DNA of 64,000 nucleotides from Rebecca billardiae RCC1528 (lineage: Eukaryota > Protista > Haptophyta), in contig OZ251224.1 of the NCBI GenBank assembly GCA_965240325.2, positions 1,736,001-1,800,000 of the forward strand. Reading direction: 5' to 3'. Positions 11,904 through 23,033 of this stretch are shown here, piece by piece. The translations under genes and the position numbers were made by a program. Within the stretch, counting starts at the first letter, position 1, and every line of letters begins with the position of its first letter. A model generated the notes under the pieces. That model did no database searches and had not been told where the DNA came from. It saw only the letters and a list, made by a program, of their open reading frames with translations.

Positions 11904-12305
11904 ATGATGTCCGTGCGCTTCATCCTCGCCCTGGTGGTGGCAATGCTCGCCGCCGACGGCGCTGCCGCCTACGCGCGCATCCCAGCCGCGCGCAGCGTGC
12001 TTGCGCGCGCGCGCCCGGCGGCCGCCGTCGCCATGGCCGCGAAGAAGGACATTCGCGAGGAGAAGGGCTACTGGCCCGGTGAGTGGGTGTGCGCGGATTG
12101 CGGCTACATCTACGCGCCCACGGAGCGCATCCCGTTCGAGGAGCAGCCCCGTGGCTTCGTCTGCCCGCAGTGCGCTGGACCGCGTCGGCGCTTCGTCAAG
12201 AAGGCGGGCGATGTCGTCGGCTCGCTCGATGACTCGCAGCTCGTGATTGGCACCGTCATCGGCCTCGTGGCGGTCGTCGGCCTGCTCTACGTTGGCATGT
12301 CGTAA
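11904..12305 (+). CDS. Plastid-targeted rubredoxin-like protein with C-terminal TM helix
   Basis: Signal+transit, WVCADCGYIY...FVCPQC (two CxxC) and a hydrophobic C-terminus. Confidence 0.88.
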   Translation: MMSVRFILALVVAMLAADGAAAYARIPAARSVLARARPAAAVAMAAKKDIREEKGYWPGEWVCADCGYIYAPTERIPFEEQPRGFVCPQCAGPRRRFVKKAGDVVGSLDDSQLVIGTVIGLVAVVGLLYVGMS

Positions 12306-13533
12306 GCGCCGGACCACACACGTCTAGCGGGCGCCGCACGCGTGGGACGTCTCTCGATGGTCGTGTCGTTGCGCCGGTGGCAAGCCAGGGCTCAGCTGCC
12401 GCACATCGCAGGCTGGGCGCAAGGATTGTTCTCGCATCACTCATTGAGCCGCTGATCCTACAGTCTACAGTACAGCCTTCCGGGCTTCTGACGCCGGCCG
12501 CGCGCTTTGAAGTTCGGCTGCACTTCCGAGTGACGGACTTCATCCGCCGCCGGGCCTCGTCACGGAACGTCTTCGGAGTCAGTCTGACGACGACGAAGTC
12601 GGAGCAGTCTCATATGAAAAAATAATGATGGCTTAGAATATTAAATTACTTAATTAAAGTGTAGAGCGAGTATCGGTACGCGGATGACGCGGACCGCGAA
12701 GTCCTCCGTCAGCCGTCCGTGTGTCAGTGTGCCGCGGCGGCGGCCGCGTACATACATGGGCGGTCATGGCACATGCGCCGCGGCGGCCAGCGGGCCGCGC
12801 CGCCCGGACAGTCACTAGCGTACGGCCCGTACGGGCCGCGCGCTCCGGGCCTCCCGCTCCGGCCCCGCTCTGCTGTGAGTGAGTCTGACTGATCGGGTAT
12901 CTGGTTATGGTCCGTTATGGTAACTCACTGAGTCAACTGGTGCACGGACACTCAAGTCACTGTAGACAGTGTCAGCCCCGTGCCGGAACAGCATCCGGAA
13001 CAGCTGCCAACTCAATGCCAGTCGGCCGCGGGCGCCGCGTGCCGCAGCAGTCGGATCGACTGGCCGGAGCGGCGGAGCGAGCACTCCGCACTCGCCCACT
13101 CAGGTAGTCATCGGGTCTCGATCGCCAGACTCTGCGACGCTCGGCAATGCCAACGTCGCGCTGGCGGTGATTGCAGATTGTGACGGCGTCACTGGAGTCG
13201 TGACAGAGCGGCCGTCGAGCCACACCCCGGCAGCATGCGCCGCACGCCGCCTGCCGCCACGGAAGCGAGCCGGCGGCGGCAGGTCGCAGGCAGCCGGCGT
13301 TGCCACACATTGGCCTGAGCACGCACGTGAGAGTTTGATCGATGAGCTTGGCGGGAGGGCGACGGGAGGAAGGCACAGACCGCAGACAGGGCCGGCGCAT
13401 CGTGGCTCCTCCTCACGCCATCCCGCGCACATGGACACGGTCAGCACACCGGTGCGCGCTGGTGCAAGCACCAAACCATGCTTGAGCTCTTGGGAGCAAG
13501 GCCGGTACGGCCCAGCTGATTCGGCGCGACCGC

Positions 13534-15273
13534 TCAATGATCGGAGGACTCGCTCGAGGCGTCACGCTGTGGCGGCTCATCCTCCGCGCCGCCCTCACCG
13601 CCGTCGTCCTCTGCGGCGTTGAGCTCGGCCGTTCCGGCGGCACCTGTTGGGCCCATCGCGCCGCGGAGGGCCAGCACCGCCGCGAGGACCTTGCGCTGCT
13701 TCACCAGCTCGGAGCGGAGCAGCAGCAGCCGGCTGTGGACCGAGCGCGAGCGCAAGAGCTCGAGCCTCTGCTCGACGGTCTTCACGAGCTCAGGCAGCAG
13801 CGCGGTGAGGAGGAAGCTGGCGCGCGTGCGGCGCACTGGCCCGGGGAGCGTCACCGCTGTCGTGAGGCACACGCCCTCGTCATCCATCTCGCCCGGGCAC
13901 TCGTCCCACCCACCGGGTGGCGGAGGCGGCATCAGCGACGTGAGCATGGGCGGCAGGTCGCCCAGCTTGAGCGCGCGCAGCCGGCCGGCGAGCGTCCACG
14001 TCGCCAGCAGCTCGTTCCAGCAGCTCGCCTCCACACTCGCCAGGGAGAGCTCCTCCTCCGCCGCCGCCTCCGCCGCCGCCGCCACCTCCTCCGGAGCGTC
14101 TGCGTCTGCGTCCTCATCCTCCTCGCCCGGCTGCGCGCCGCGCCAGGTGTCGTGCGACTCGGGCTCGTCCGCGAGCTCGTCCTCCTCGTCGAGGACGAAC
14201 GGCGACGCCTCTACGGGCGGGCCAAGCCTCGCGTCGACGCCCATGGCGAACTCGCCGAGCGCGCTCTCGGCCGCCTTGGAGGCCGCCGCGACCGCCGCCA
14301 CGCTGATGCGCGCCCTGGCCTGCTCGAGCTCGTCCGCGCTCGCGACATCGATCGCGCTGAGGGCGGGGATGCCCTCGCCTGAGGCCACGGGCAACGTCGC
14401 TTCGAGGGCGGCCCACTCGCACGCCATCGTCGACGCCGCCGCAAGGGTGGCCGCGTTCACCGCGCCGGTGATGCGCGCGAGCGGGGTGTCGTCCGTGGCC
14501 AGGCTGGCGACCGCCTCGGTGGCCATGTCGTCGAGCAGCTCGAGCTCCTCCTCGTCGGTGTAGAACTCGCAGTCGGCGCGGGCGTACGGCAAGGACTGCG
14601 TCTCGCGCAGCACCTCGATGCGCCCGACCGCCCGGATGCCCAGCAGCATCCGTCCGTCCGTCTGCCGCTGGCACGTGACGATCTCGCACAGCGTGCCCAC
14701 GTCGCCCGGCCGCGCGTCCTGCCCCTCCGCGCCGAGGTTGCGCGAGCCGCCCTCGAGGAAGAGGGAGCCGAAGAGCCAGGGGCGCTCGCGCGACATGATC
14801 TCAGAGAACATGTGGCAGTAGTGCGGGACGTGCACGTTGAGCAGCTCGTTGTGGTGCGGCAGCGTCACCCACTGCACGCGCCACAGCGGCAGGTTGGGGA
14901 AGAGATGCGCGCCGGTCGGCGCGACTGCAGCCTGCTCCGCGGTGGGCGGCGAGGGCGAGGGCGAGGAGTAGTGTGGCTCGCGCGTGTCGGCCTTGAAGCA
15001 CGAGTTGAGAAGATCCACGTGCTGCTGCAGCTCGGTTGGTTCGCCATCGTCAAGCATCTGAACGCCCGCGCCGCGCTGCTGCGCGCCTGCCGCCCAGCGC
15101 GCGCGGGCCGCGCGCCGCGCGCGCGCAGCAGCTGCGGGGCTCGCCGGCGTCGACCATCGTGGGGTCGACGCCTTCGCCCGGAGGATGGTCGAGGACGCAC
15201 CCGCGCCCAGCACCCCCGCGCAGGCGAGCAGCATCAGCGCGGCGGACGCGTCGCCAAACCGTCGTCGCGCCAT
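13534..15273 (-). CDS. Plastid-targeted Lon-protease N-terminal (substrate-binding) domain protein
   Basis: LPLWRVQWVTLPHHNELLNVHVPHYCHMF, VGTLCEI, DGRMLLGIRAVGRIEV and C-terminal QRLELLRSRSVHSRL. No AAA+ or protease motifs. Confidence 0.78.
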   Translation of the reverse strand: MARRRFGDASAALMLLACAGVLGAGASSTILRAKASTPRWSTPASPAAAARARRAARARWAAGAQQRGAGVQMLDDGEPTELQQHVDLLNSCFKADTREPHYSSPSPSPPTAEQAAVAPTGAHLFPNLPLWRVQWVTLPHHNELLNVHVPHYCHMFSEIMSRERPWLFGSLFLEGGSRNLGAEGQDARPGDVGTLCEIVTCQRQTDGRMLLGIRAVGRIEVLRETQSLPYARADCEFYTDEEELELLDDMATEAVASLATDDTPLARITGAVNAATLAAASTMACEWAALEATLPVASGEGIPALSAIDVASADELEQARARISVAAVAAASKAAESALGEFAMGVDARLGPPVEASPFVLDEEDELADEPESHDTWRGAQPGEEDEDADADAPEEVAAAAEAAAEEELSLASVEASCWNELLATWTLAGRLRALKLGDLPPMLTSLMPPPPPGGWDECPGEMDDEGVCLTTAVTLPGPVRRTRASFLLTALLPELVKTVEQRLELLRSRSVHSRLLLLRSELVKQRKVLAAVLALRGAMGPTGAAGTAELNAAEDDGGEGGAEDEPPQRDASSESSDH

Positions 15274-15599
15274 AGCACGGTTGGTCGCCGGTGGCGGGAG
15301 CCGGGATTTGGACGGTGGCAAGTGCGCCTGTTCACGGTGGCTTCCTTCAGTCTCGGCTGCGGATGCAGCGTCACGAAACCTTTCGTTTCAGGCCAAAACG
15401 GACCTTTTCATCGGCCAGGACCGTGGTGAACGCGCACGCTGCTCGCGCCCAGCCAAACGGCTGGGATCAAGGCAGTGGCAGCCAATCAGCGTCGCGATCC
15501 GATCATTCTGATGCTGATTCCTTATTTCCTCGTCCCGCGTTTTCGATCCCGCCGCCGCCTGCCCGATCGGCGATCGTGACGACGGCTTTTCCACTGGGC

Positions 15600-16343
15600 A
15601 TGCAGCATCTCGTGCTCGTCTCGATGGTGGTCAGCGCCGGTGTGCGGACGACGTTCTACACCCACGGGCTGTGCCCCTACGCGCAGCGCGTCGCTCTGGC
15701 TCTCGAAGAGAAGGGCGTCGCCCACGAGCGCGTCGAGATCGACCTCTCCAACAAGCCATCCTGGTACGTGGAGACGACAGGCACGTCGCTCGTGCCTGCG
15801 ATCAAGCTGCCGGACGGGCGCGTGCAGGCTGAGTCGATCGATATCTGCCAGATGCTCGACAGCGAGTTCCCAGACGCCCCCACCCTCAACCCACCCGAAC
15901 GCGACGCGGAGATCCAGTCTCTCGTCTCGTACGCCCGCGAGGTGGAGAGCGCTGGTTGGGCACTGCTCGGTGGCGCGTGGAATTTCCCGACATCCGGTCA
16001 GGCTTCGCCGCGTGGCAAGAGCGCGATGGACCGTGCGCTACGCCGACTCGAAACGTCTATCGAGAGCTCCGGTGGGCCCTTCCTGTGCGGCGATCGCCCG
16101 ACAGTTGCCGATTGCGTGATCGCGCCATTCGTCGCACGCTTCTGCCTGGTCGCTCCACACACGCGGAACTACAACCCCCTCGATTCGTCGCTAGCCGTGA
16201 AGCGCTGGATGGAGGCCCTCAAGGCGCGTGAGTCGTGGAAAGCCACCTTCCCAAACGAAGAGGCGTTTCTGCGCTCCATCTTGAAGCACGGGGGCAGCCT
16301 CGACTACTTCGACTACACGCCTGCCACGCTCGCCAACCCATGA
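15600..16343 (+). CDS. Glutathione S-transferase, Cys-type (omega/lambda/DHAR-like)
   Basis: CPYAQR active site, IDLSNKPSWY, VPAI, ESIDI and GPFLCGDRPTVAD. Confidence 0.9.
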   Translation: MQHLVLVSMVVSAGVRTTFYTHGLCPYAQRVALALEEKGVAHERVEIDLSNKPSWYVETTGTSLVPAIKLPDGRVQAESIDICQMLDSEFPDAPTLNPPERDAEIQSLVSYAREVESAGWALLGGAWNFPTSGQASPRGKSAMDRALRRLETSIESSGGPFLCGDRPTVADCVIAPFVARFCLVAPHTRNYNPLDSSLAVKRWMEALKARESWKATFPNEEAFLRSILKHGGSLDYFDYTPATLANP

Positions 16344-16700
16344 CGGATCACTCTGTGACTGTGCCGTCGGACAGTCTGCTGTGCCGGTAGTACGTGCGTT
16401 GGCTGACAGACAGTACGCGAGCTATACAGTAGCTGCTAAGCGCATAATGAGTCCGATGTCGTCAGATACATACATCGCTGAACGTGGTCATCATGCATGC
16501 GCTGTAGTGCATAGCCATATGGATCAATAAGTGCGCGACGGCTCTGACAATAACCCCTGAACTCGTGTGTAACCCGTAGCCATTCAGCGCGGGCCGCATC
16601 GCCGTCAATAAACCCTGTGCGCTGCCTGCTCGATCTTCGAATAATATCTGCGGAAGCGCCGCTGGTCCATCAGCCACCTCGCTGATCGTGTGGTGGACGT

Positions 16701-19700
16701 TCAGACGCGTTGTGGTACCACCTGTGTCTCTGTGGGCGCGTTGCCATCGGCTGGTAGCGCTTCGGCTGTGAGCGCTTGCTGTGAGCCGCCAAATGTCCAA
16801 CGACGGCTTGGTGCGCGAGCTGCCGCGTCGCCGTCGGCTTGCAGCGCTCGCTGCGATCCGCCAAATCGGCTGAGGAGGCTGTCACGGCGTGTCGCAATCC
16901 TGCTGATCAAGACCGTTGGGCCTGCGAAAGCGTCTTCCATCTTGCGATTCCGGAGGTACATCACCAAGACCACCAACCAACCGAGGAGGCAACAGCACAC
17001 AAAGCCGATGGCGACGACGATGCCAACCTGCGCGCCGTAGGACAGCTGGGCACCCAGGAGGTTCGCCTCACCGGGAGGGGGCGACGACGGCGGCGCGGGT
17101 GGCGGCGAGGGTGGCGGCGGCGAGGTCGGCGAGGGCGGCGGCGGAGGGCTGGGCGGCGGGCTTGGCGGGGGTGGTGGGCTCGGCGGCGAGGGCGGCATGG
17201 GAGGCGGCTTGGGCGGCGAGGGCGGCGGAGAGGGCGGCGGTGGGGACGGTGGCGGCGCTGGAGGTGGCGAGGGCGGCGGTGAGGGCGGGCTCGGCGGCGG
17301 GCGGCTCGGCGGGCTCGGCGGGAGTGGTGGCGGCGAGAAGAAGATGCAGGAACCGTCGTTGTAGGTCGCCAGCGAGAAGAAGTTGCTCGCCGCGGGGGCA
17401 GTGCAGCCTCCGATCGAGCAGCTGCCACTGTCGACCGTGGCGATCGGGTCATAGTTGTCCGCGAGGGAGTTGGTGCAGCCCGGGAAGTCATAGGAGCAGC
17501 CGTCGAGCGCCGTGGCCGTGGAGTCATAGTTTGCGGCGGCGGTGTCCGTGCAGCCTGTGTATGAGCACGGCCCGTCGAGCTGCGCGTCGCTGCGGTAGTT
17601 GACGGCGGAGGTGTCGCGGCAGCCGGTGATCAGGAAGATGCACGAGTCGTCGGGCGTGTTGGCTGTCGAGTCGTAGTTGCTCGCGATCGTGGAGAGGCAG
17701 CCGAGGAAGATGCAGGTCGAGAGGTCGAGCTCGGTGACGCTCGAGTCGTAGTTGGTCGCGCTGAGCACGCTGCACCCAACGACCGGCGCAACACAGCTGC
17801 CATCGTCCTCCGTTGCGGCCGAGTCGTAGTTGGATGCGCTCTCGTCGGTGCAGCCTGACCGGATGCAGCTGCCATCGTCCCCGTCCGCGCTCGAGTCGTA
17901 GTTCTCAGAGCCAGAGTCGGTGCAGCCGAGCACGGGGCACACGCAGCTGCCGTCGTCGACGGTCGCGCTCGAGTCGTAGCCGCTGCACGACGGGCTCGTG
18001 CAGCCGAGGTACACGCAGCTGCCGTCGTCCGACTGCGCGCCCGAGTCAAAGTTGGGCGCCGTCACATCGGTGCACCCCGTCGAGGGCAGCGTGCACGAGC
18101 CGTCGCTCGCCGTCGCCGTGGAGTCATAGTTGAACGCCGCGGTGTTGGTGCAGCCGAAGTAGACGCAGCCGCCGTCCACGTCGGCATTCGAGTCGAAGTT
18201 CGCGGCGGCCGGGTCGAGGCAGCCGACCGTGGCGATGTCGACGCAGTCGTTCGACTCGAGCGTCGCGCGCGAGTTGTAGTTGGACGCGAGCGAGTTCATG
18301 CAGCCGGAGATCACGCACGAGCCGTCGTCCGCCTCGGCCGCCGAGTCGAAGTTGTCCGCAGTCGAGTCCGTGCAGCCGAGGAGGGGGATGACGCACGAGC
18401 CAGCATCGTTCACGCCCGCGGACGAGTCATAGTTGGTCGCGGACGTGTCGAGGCAGCCCGCGTACACGCACGATCCGTCGGTCGTGTCCGCGGTCGAGAG
18501 GAAGTTCATCGCCGCCGAGTCGGTGCAGCCAAACCGCGGGTAGATGCAGCTGCCGTCGTTGTCGGTCGCGGTCGAGTCGTAGTTGGGCGCGAACGTGAGG
18601 GTGCAGCCGCGGAACACACAGCTGCCGTCGTCGCTGGTCGCGCCGCTGGCGAAGTTGGCGGCGCCCGATGCGGTGCAGCCGGGGATCACCCCAGTGCACG
18701 AGCCGTCGTTCTGGGTGGCGGCGGAGTCGTAGTTGTCGGCGCCCGCGAGCGTGCAGCCATTGATGACGCACGAGCCGTCGCTCACGGTAGCAGAGGCGTC
18801 GAAGTTGCTCGCGCGCGAGTCGAGGCAGCCGTTGACGAGGAAGATGCAGCTGCCGTCGTTGAACGTGGCGCCGGAGTTGTAGTTGTCCGCGTTCGTGTTC
18901 GTGCAGCCGCCGAGCACGCACGAGCCGTCGTCGGTGACCGCAGACGGGTTGAAGTTGTCCGCGCCCGAGTCCGTGCAGCCCCCCGCGGGCGCGACGCACG
19001 AGCCATCGTTCGTGTTGGCGCTCGAGTCGTAGTTGGTCGCAGTTGGGTCGACGCAGCCGGGCACAGTGGACACGCAGCCGCCGTCGCGCGTCGCGAGCGA
19101 GAGGTAGTTGAGCGCCGTCGAGTCCGTGCAGCCGATGATGTCGTACTCGCAAATCGCGCCGCCCGCCGCCGTCGCGTTCGAGTTGTAGTTGGCCGCGAGC
19201 GGGTCGATGCAGCCGAAGATCTCGTCGACGCACGAGCCGTCGTCGACGGTGGCGATCGGGTCGTAGTTGGTCGCGTTGTTGCGCGTGCACCCGCTGAACG
19301 CGCAGCTCTCGTCGTCCACCGTCGCGTCGGGGTCGAAGTTGTCCGCGGCGGAGTTGACGCAGCCCTGCACCGGGCACACGGGCGCCACGTACGTGTCCTG
19401 CAGCTCAGAGTTGCCGCACGTGGCCAGCCGGCGCCGCCCGCCGTCGTCGGCGCTCGTCGACCAGATCGAAATCACCTCAGCGGCACGCGCGGCGTACGCC
19501 TCAGCCGCCGAGCTCAGCTCGCCGCTCGACGGCCCGTTCCCGCCGAGCGCGGTGCGGACGGCGATGAAGGTGGCAGCGTCGGCGAGCTCTGACAGGATGT
19601 GCGCGCTCGAGTCGGTGCACAGCGCGCCCACGTGCTGGAGGACGGCGGTCTGGACGGCGCTGGCGGACGAGTAGCCGGCGAGCAGCGCGGAGGCGCGCGA

Positions 19701-22469
19701 GAGCAGCTCGCTCAGCAGCACCGACGCCTGGATCACCGGCAGCGCCTCGGCGTCACCGGCGAAATAGCGGCGGAGCGGGCTGTAGCCGAACACGTCGATC
19801 GCGTGCGAGAAGTTGAAGCAGCGGCCGAGCTGCAGGTGCGCGCCCACGCCCATGTGCAGCGAGAGCGTGGTGATCGGCGAGAGGGCGACCGAGTAGAGCG
19901 GCGCGCGCAGCGTGAACGAGAGCGAGTCGCCGCTGATGGCGTCGCGGCACTGCGCGCTCGGCTCGACCACCAGCGTCGCCGAGCGGTCGGTGTAGAGCAG
20001 GTCGTACTTGCCATTCACCGCGCTCACCGCCGTGCCGACCACCTCGCCGCTCGACTTGACCGCCTTCACGACGCACTGCCGCCGCTGCGCGACCGACTGC
20101 ACGACGCCCGTCGCGCGCTCGAACTGGCAGCTCCCGTCATTGAAGTTGGCCTTGGGGTCGTAGTTGATCGCGCTGGTCGCCGTGCACCCCTTGTACTCGC
20201 ACGTGCTGCCGAGCGTCGCGCGCGGCTTGTAGTTGGCCGCCGTCGCGTCCTGGCAGCCCCACACGTGCGGCACGCACGAGCCGTCGTCCACCGCGGCGAA
20301 CGGGTCGTAGTTCTGCGCCTTCAGGTCGGTGCAGCCCCGGCGCACGCACGTCGACGGCACGAACTCGGTCGTGGCGAGCGAGTTGAAGTTGACCGCGCGC
20401 GGGTCCGTGCAGCCGAAGACGGGATACACGCAGCTGCCGTCGTCCACGTTGGCTGTCGCGTCGTAGTTGGTCGCCTTGCGCGCCGTGCAGCCCCAGTGGG
20501 CGGCGATGCAGCCGCGGTCGCGCGTGGCGTCCGAGCGGAAGTTGAGCGCCGTCGAGTCCGTGCAGCCCAGGATGGGGTACGTGCAGCTGCCGTCGTCAAC
20601 CGTCGCCGTCGGGTCGTAGTTGTCCGCGAGCGAGGCGATGCAGCCGGGGTGTGCGAGGGTGCACGAGCCGTCGTCCAGAGCTGCGGCGGGCGAGAAGTTG
20701 AGCGCAGCCGAGTCGGTGCAGCCGCGCACGGGGAACGTGCAGCTCCCGTCGTCGACGGTGGCCGAGGAGTCGAAGTTGGCGGCGCGTGGCGACATGCACC
20801 CGCTCGCCGCGAAGACGCAGTTCTGCCTCACGTTGGCGTCGGGCCGGTAGTTGATGGCCGAGGGGTCGGTGCAGCCATACACGGCCGCGGTGCACGAGCC
20901 TCTGCGCAGCGTGTTGGCAGTCGGGTTGTAGTTGAGCGCCGTCGGGTCGGTGCAGCCCTCGACGACGGAGACGCAGCTGCCGTCGTCCACGTTGGCGCGC
21001 GAGTTGTAGTTCATTGCGGCCGGATCGCGGCACCCCGGCCGCGCGAGCGTGCACGGCGTCGTCGCCAGCTGGATGGTGGCGGTGGACACGTAGTTGAGCG
21101 CACTCGGGTTGCGGCAGCCCTCGACGAGCGGGATGCACACGTCGACCGAGCTCTCCGCGTCGATGGCGCTCGAGTCGTAGTTGAGGCTGCCGGGGACGTT
21201 GCACTTGAGCGTCGCGAAAGTGCACGAGCCGTCGTACATGGTGGCCGCCGAGTTGTAGTTGGACGCGGACGGCGCCGTGCAGCCCTGCAGCGCGTACGCG
21301 CACAGGCCGTTGTCCACGCCTGCATCCGAGCGGAAGTTGACGGCCGTCGAGTCGGTGCAGCCGCGCACGGGGTACACGCAGCTGCCGTCGTTCGCCGTGG
21401 CCGCCGGGTCGTAGTTGCTCGCAAGCTGCACGTTGCATCCAAAGCGCACGCACGGCCCCGCCTGCGTGGCGAGCGAGTCGTAGTTGTCCGCCACGCTGTC
21501 CGTGCAGCCGGCGCGCGCAAAGGTGCACGAGCCTGGCAGGAAGCGGTTGGCGCGCGAGTCGAAGTTCTCCGCGGCCGTGTTGGTGCAGCCGGGGTACACG
21601 CAGCTGCCGTCGTCCCGCGAGATGCTCGAGTCGTAGTTCTGCGCCGACGTGTCCGTACATCCGCGGCAGCTCGTGAAGTCGCAGCTGGTGAAGACGGTGG
21701 CTGACGGGTTGTAGTCGCATGCGCTCGAGACCGTGCAGCCGCGCACGTCGAGCACGCACGAGCCGTCGTCGACGGTGGCGCACGGGTCGTGGTTGAACGC
21801 CGCGGAGTCCGTGCATCCGAGCGTGTACGGCAGGCAGCTGTCGTACGTGTCGGCGAGCGAGTTGTAGTCCGGCGCCCACGAGTCGGTGCACCCAAACACG
21901 GCGTACAGGCACTCGATGTCGCCTTGCGTCGTCGCGTCGGGTCGGAAGTTGATGGCCGCCGAGTCGGTGCAACCGAAGACGGGATATTGGCAGCACGGCG
22001 GAGTGCGGCACTCGTAAGCGAGCGAATCGTAGTTCAGCGCGATCGGGTCCGTGCATCCGGCCCGGGGCGGTGGCGGCGCGGGCGGCTGCGAGGGCGGGCT
22101 CGGGTTTGGCGAGGGCGAGGGCGGCGGCGGCGGCGGCAGCGGCGGCAGCGGCGGGAGCGACGGTGGCGGCGGCGAAGGCGGAGGCGGCGACGGTGGTGGT
22201 GGCAAAGGCGGAGGGGGCGACGCGATTGGTGGTAGAGAAATCACTCCTACCACCGAGCTCGCGGCGAAGCTGAACACGGGCGTGCTGGGAACGATCGACA
22301 GCGGAAACGACAGCAGCTCGCGCGGCACGAGGGGCGGCTTGTCAGGCAGCGCCTGCGGCACGGAGAGAGGTTGTGCCATCTCGAGGCCATCGTATAGCCG
22401 CTCGCCGGGCGTGCCGTGCGCGCACGCCGTCAGCAGCGCGGCGACCACGATGCGCGCCGTGCGCTGCAT
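16701..22469 (-). CDS. Giant type I membrane surface protein with 52 Cys/Asp-rich GCTDxxAxNYDxxAxxDDGSC repeats and SPPP stalks
   Basis: Signal peptide (MQRTARIVVAALLTACAHG), Pro-rich segment, 25 repeats, unique ~240-aa middle, 27 repeats, Pro-rich stalk, TM with CCC and a cytosolic tail. Single exon. Confidence 0.88.
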   Translation of the reverse strand: MQRTARIVVAALLTACAHGTPGERLYDGLEMAQPLSVPQALPDKPPLVPRELLSFPLSIVPSTPVFSFAASSVVGVISLPPIASPPPPLPPPPSPPPPSPPPPSLPPLPPLPPPPPPSPSPNPSPPSQPPAPPPPRAGCTDPIALNYDSLAYECRTPPCCQYPVFGCTDSAAINFRPDATTQGDIECLYAVFGCTDSWAPDYNSLADTYDSCLPYTLGCTDSAAFNHDPCATVDDGSCVLDVRGCTVSSACDYNPSATVFTSCDFTSCRGCTDTSAQNYDSSISRDDGSCVYPGCTNTAAENFDSRANRFLPGSCTFARAGCTDSVADNYDSLATQAGPCVRFGCNVQLASNYDPAATANDGSCVYPVRGCTDSTAVNFRSDAGVDNGLCAYALQGCTAPSASNYNSAATMYDGSCTFATLKCNVPGSLNYDSSAIDAESSVDVCIPLVEGCRNPSALNYVSTATIQLATTPCTLARPGCRDPAAMNYNSRANVDDGSCVSVVEGCTDPTALNYNPTANTLRRGSCTAAVYGCTDPSAINYRPDANVRQNCVFAASGCMSPRAANFDSSATVDDGSCTFPVRGCTDSAALNFSPAAALDDGSCTLAHPGCIASLADNYDPTATVDDGSCTYPILGCTDSTALNFRSDATRDRGCIAAHWGCTARKATNYDATANVDDGSCVYPVFGCTDPRAVNFNSLATTEFVPSTCVRRGCTDLKAQNYDPFAAVDDGSCVPHVWGCQDATAANYKPRATLGSTCEYKGCTATSAINYDPKANFNDGSCQFERATGVVQSVAQRRQCVVKAVKSSGEVVGTAVSAVNGKYDLLYTDRSATLVVEPSAQCRDAISGDSLSFTLRAPLYSVALSPITTLSLHMGVGAHLQLGRCFNFSHAIDVFGYSPLRRYFAGDAEALPVIQASVLLSELLSRASALLAGYSSASAVQTAVLQHVGALCTDSSAHILSELADAATFIAVRTALGGNGPSSGELSSAAEAYAARAAEVISIWSTSADDGGRRRLATCGNSELQDTYVAPVCPVQGCVNSAADNFDPDATVDDESCAFSGCTRNNATNYDPIATVDDGSCVDEIFGCIDPLAANYNSNATAAGGAICEYDIIGCTDSTALNYLSLATRDGGCVSTVPGCVDPTATNYDSSANTNDGSCVAPAGGCTDSGADNFNPSAVTDDGSCVLGGCTNTNADNYNSGATFNDGSCIFLVNGCLDSRASNFDASATVSDGSCVINGCTLAGADNYDSAATQNDGSCTGVIPGCTASGAANFASGATSDDGSCVFRGCTLTFAPNYDSTATDNDGSCIYPRFGCTDSAAMNFLSTADTTDGSCVYAGCLDTSATNYDSSAGVNDAGSCVIPLLGCTDSTADNFDSAAEADDGSCVISGCMNSLASNYNSRATLESNDCVDIATVGCLDPAAANFDSNADVDGGCVYFGCTNTAAFNYDSTATASDGSCTLPSTGCTDVTAPNFDSGAQSDDGSCVYLGCTSPSCSGYDSSATVDDGSCVCPVLGCTDSGSENYDSSADGDDGSCIRSGCTDESASNYDSAATEDDGSCVAPVVGCSVLSATNYDSSVTELDLSTCIFLGCLSTIASNYDSTANTPDDSCIFLITGCRDTSAVNYRSDAQLDGPCSYTGCTDTAAANYDSTATALDGCSYDFPGCTNSLADNYDPIATVDSGSCSIGGCTAPAASNFFSLATYNDGSCIFFSPPPLPPSPPSRPPPSPPSPPPSPPPAPPPSPPPPSPPPSPPKPPPMPPSPPSPPPPPSPPPSPPPPPSPTSPPPPSPPPAPPSSPPPGEANLLGAQLSYGAQVGIVVAIGFVCCCLLGWLVVLVMYLRNRKMEDAFAGPTVLISRIATRRDSLLSRFGGSQRALQADGDAAARAPSRRWTFGGSQQALTAEALPADGNAPTETQVVPQRV

Positions 22470-23033
22470 CCTGTGGGCAGTTGGCGGATGGGAAATGGCC
22501 AGGGTGGGGCGTGCTCGGCGCCCAACTTTTTTGCTGCGCCGCGCCTCAATTCGGTTACAGCAATCTAGAAGGAAATCAGAGCATCTGCATGCAAGAAGTT
22601 GGTCACTGGAGTACCCGGCACGTATTTCATCCCATGAGCCGATTATGATTTTGTGAAACTTTCTGATCTTATGTGCGAAGGGGTGATCACGCGCAGGGCG
22701 CGCCGATCGGCGCCGGTCCAGCAGGTGTGCATCAACAAGCCAACTGGCGCGCGATGGGTGATGAACCGTCTGTGATTGGTCCACCCAGCCACGTCGCTAA
22801 AAGCTCTATAGAAACGGCGTCTCAACGGCTTATGATACGAACTCAGCTATTTTTAACTTATAATATGTAACGGGCAATCCCAGCTTGGGGGGATTAAGGA
22901 TTTGAGATTTCCGATTTCCCCTCCGGCCAACGGCCCTGGCTTTTCGTCCGCGGCAAATCGGCAAGACATCGCAAGGGGCCGCGGTCGGGCGGGTCGAGCC
23001 TGTTTGCCCCCGGGCTCAGCTCAGCAGCTGGAC

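Noticed and set aside
12905-13500. Overlapping short ORFs downstream of the Lon-N gene
   Set aside because: No recognisable motifs; probably UTR or intergenic.
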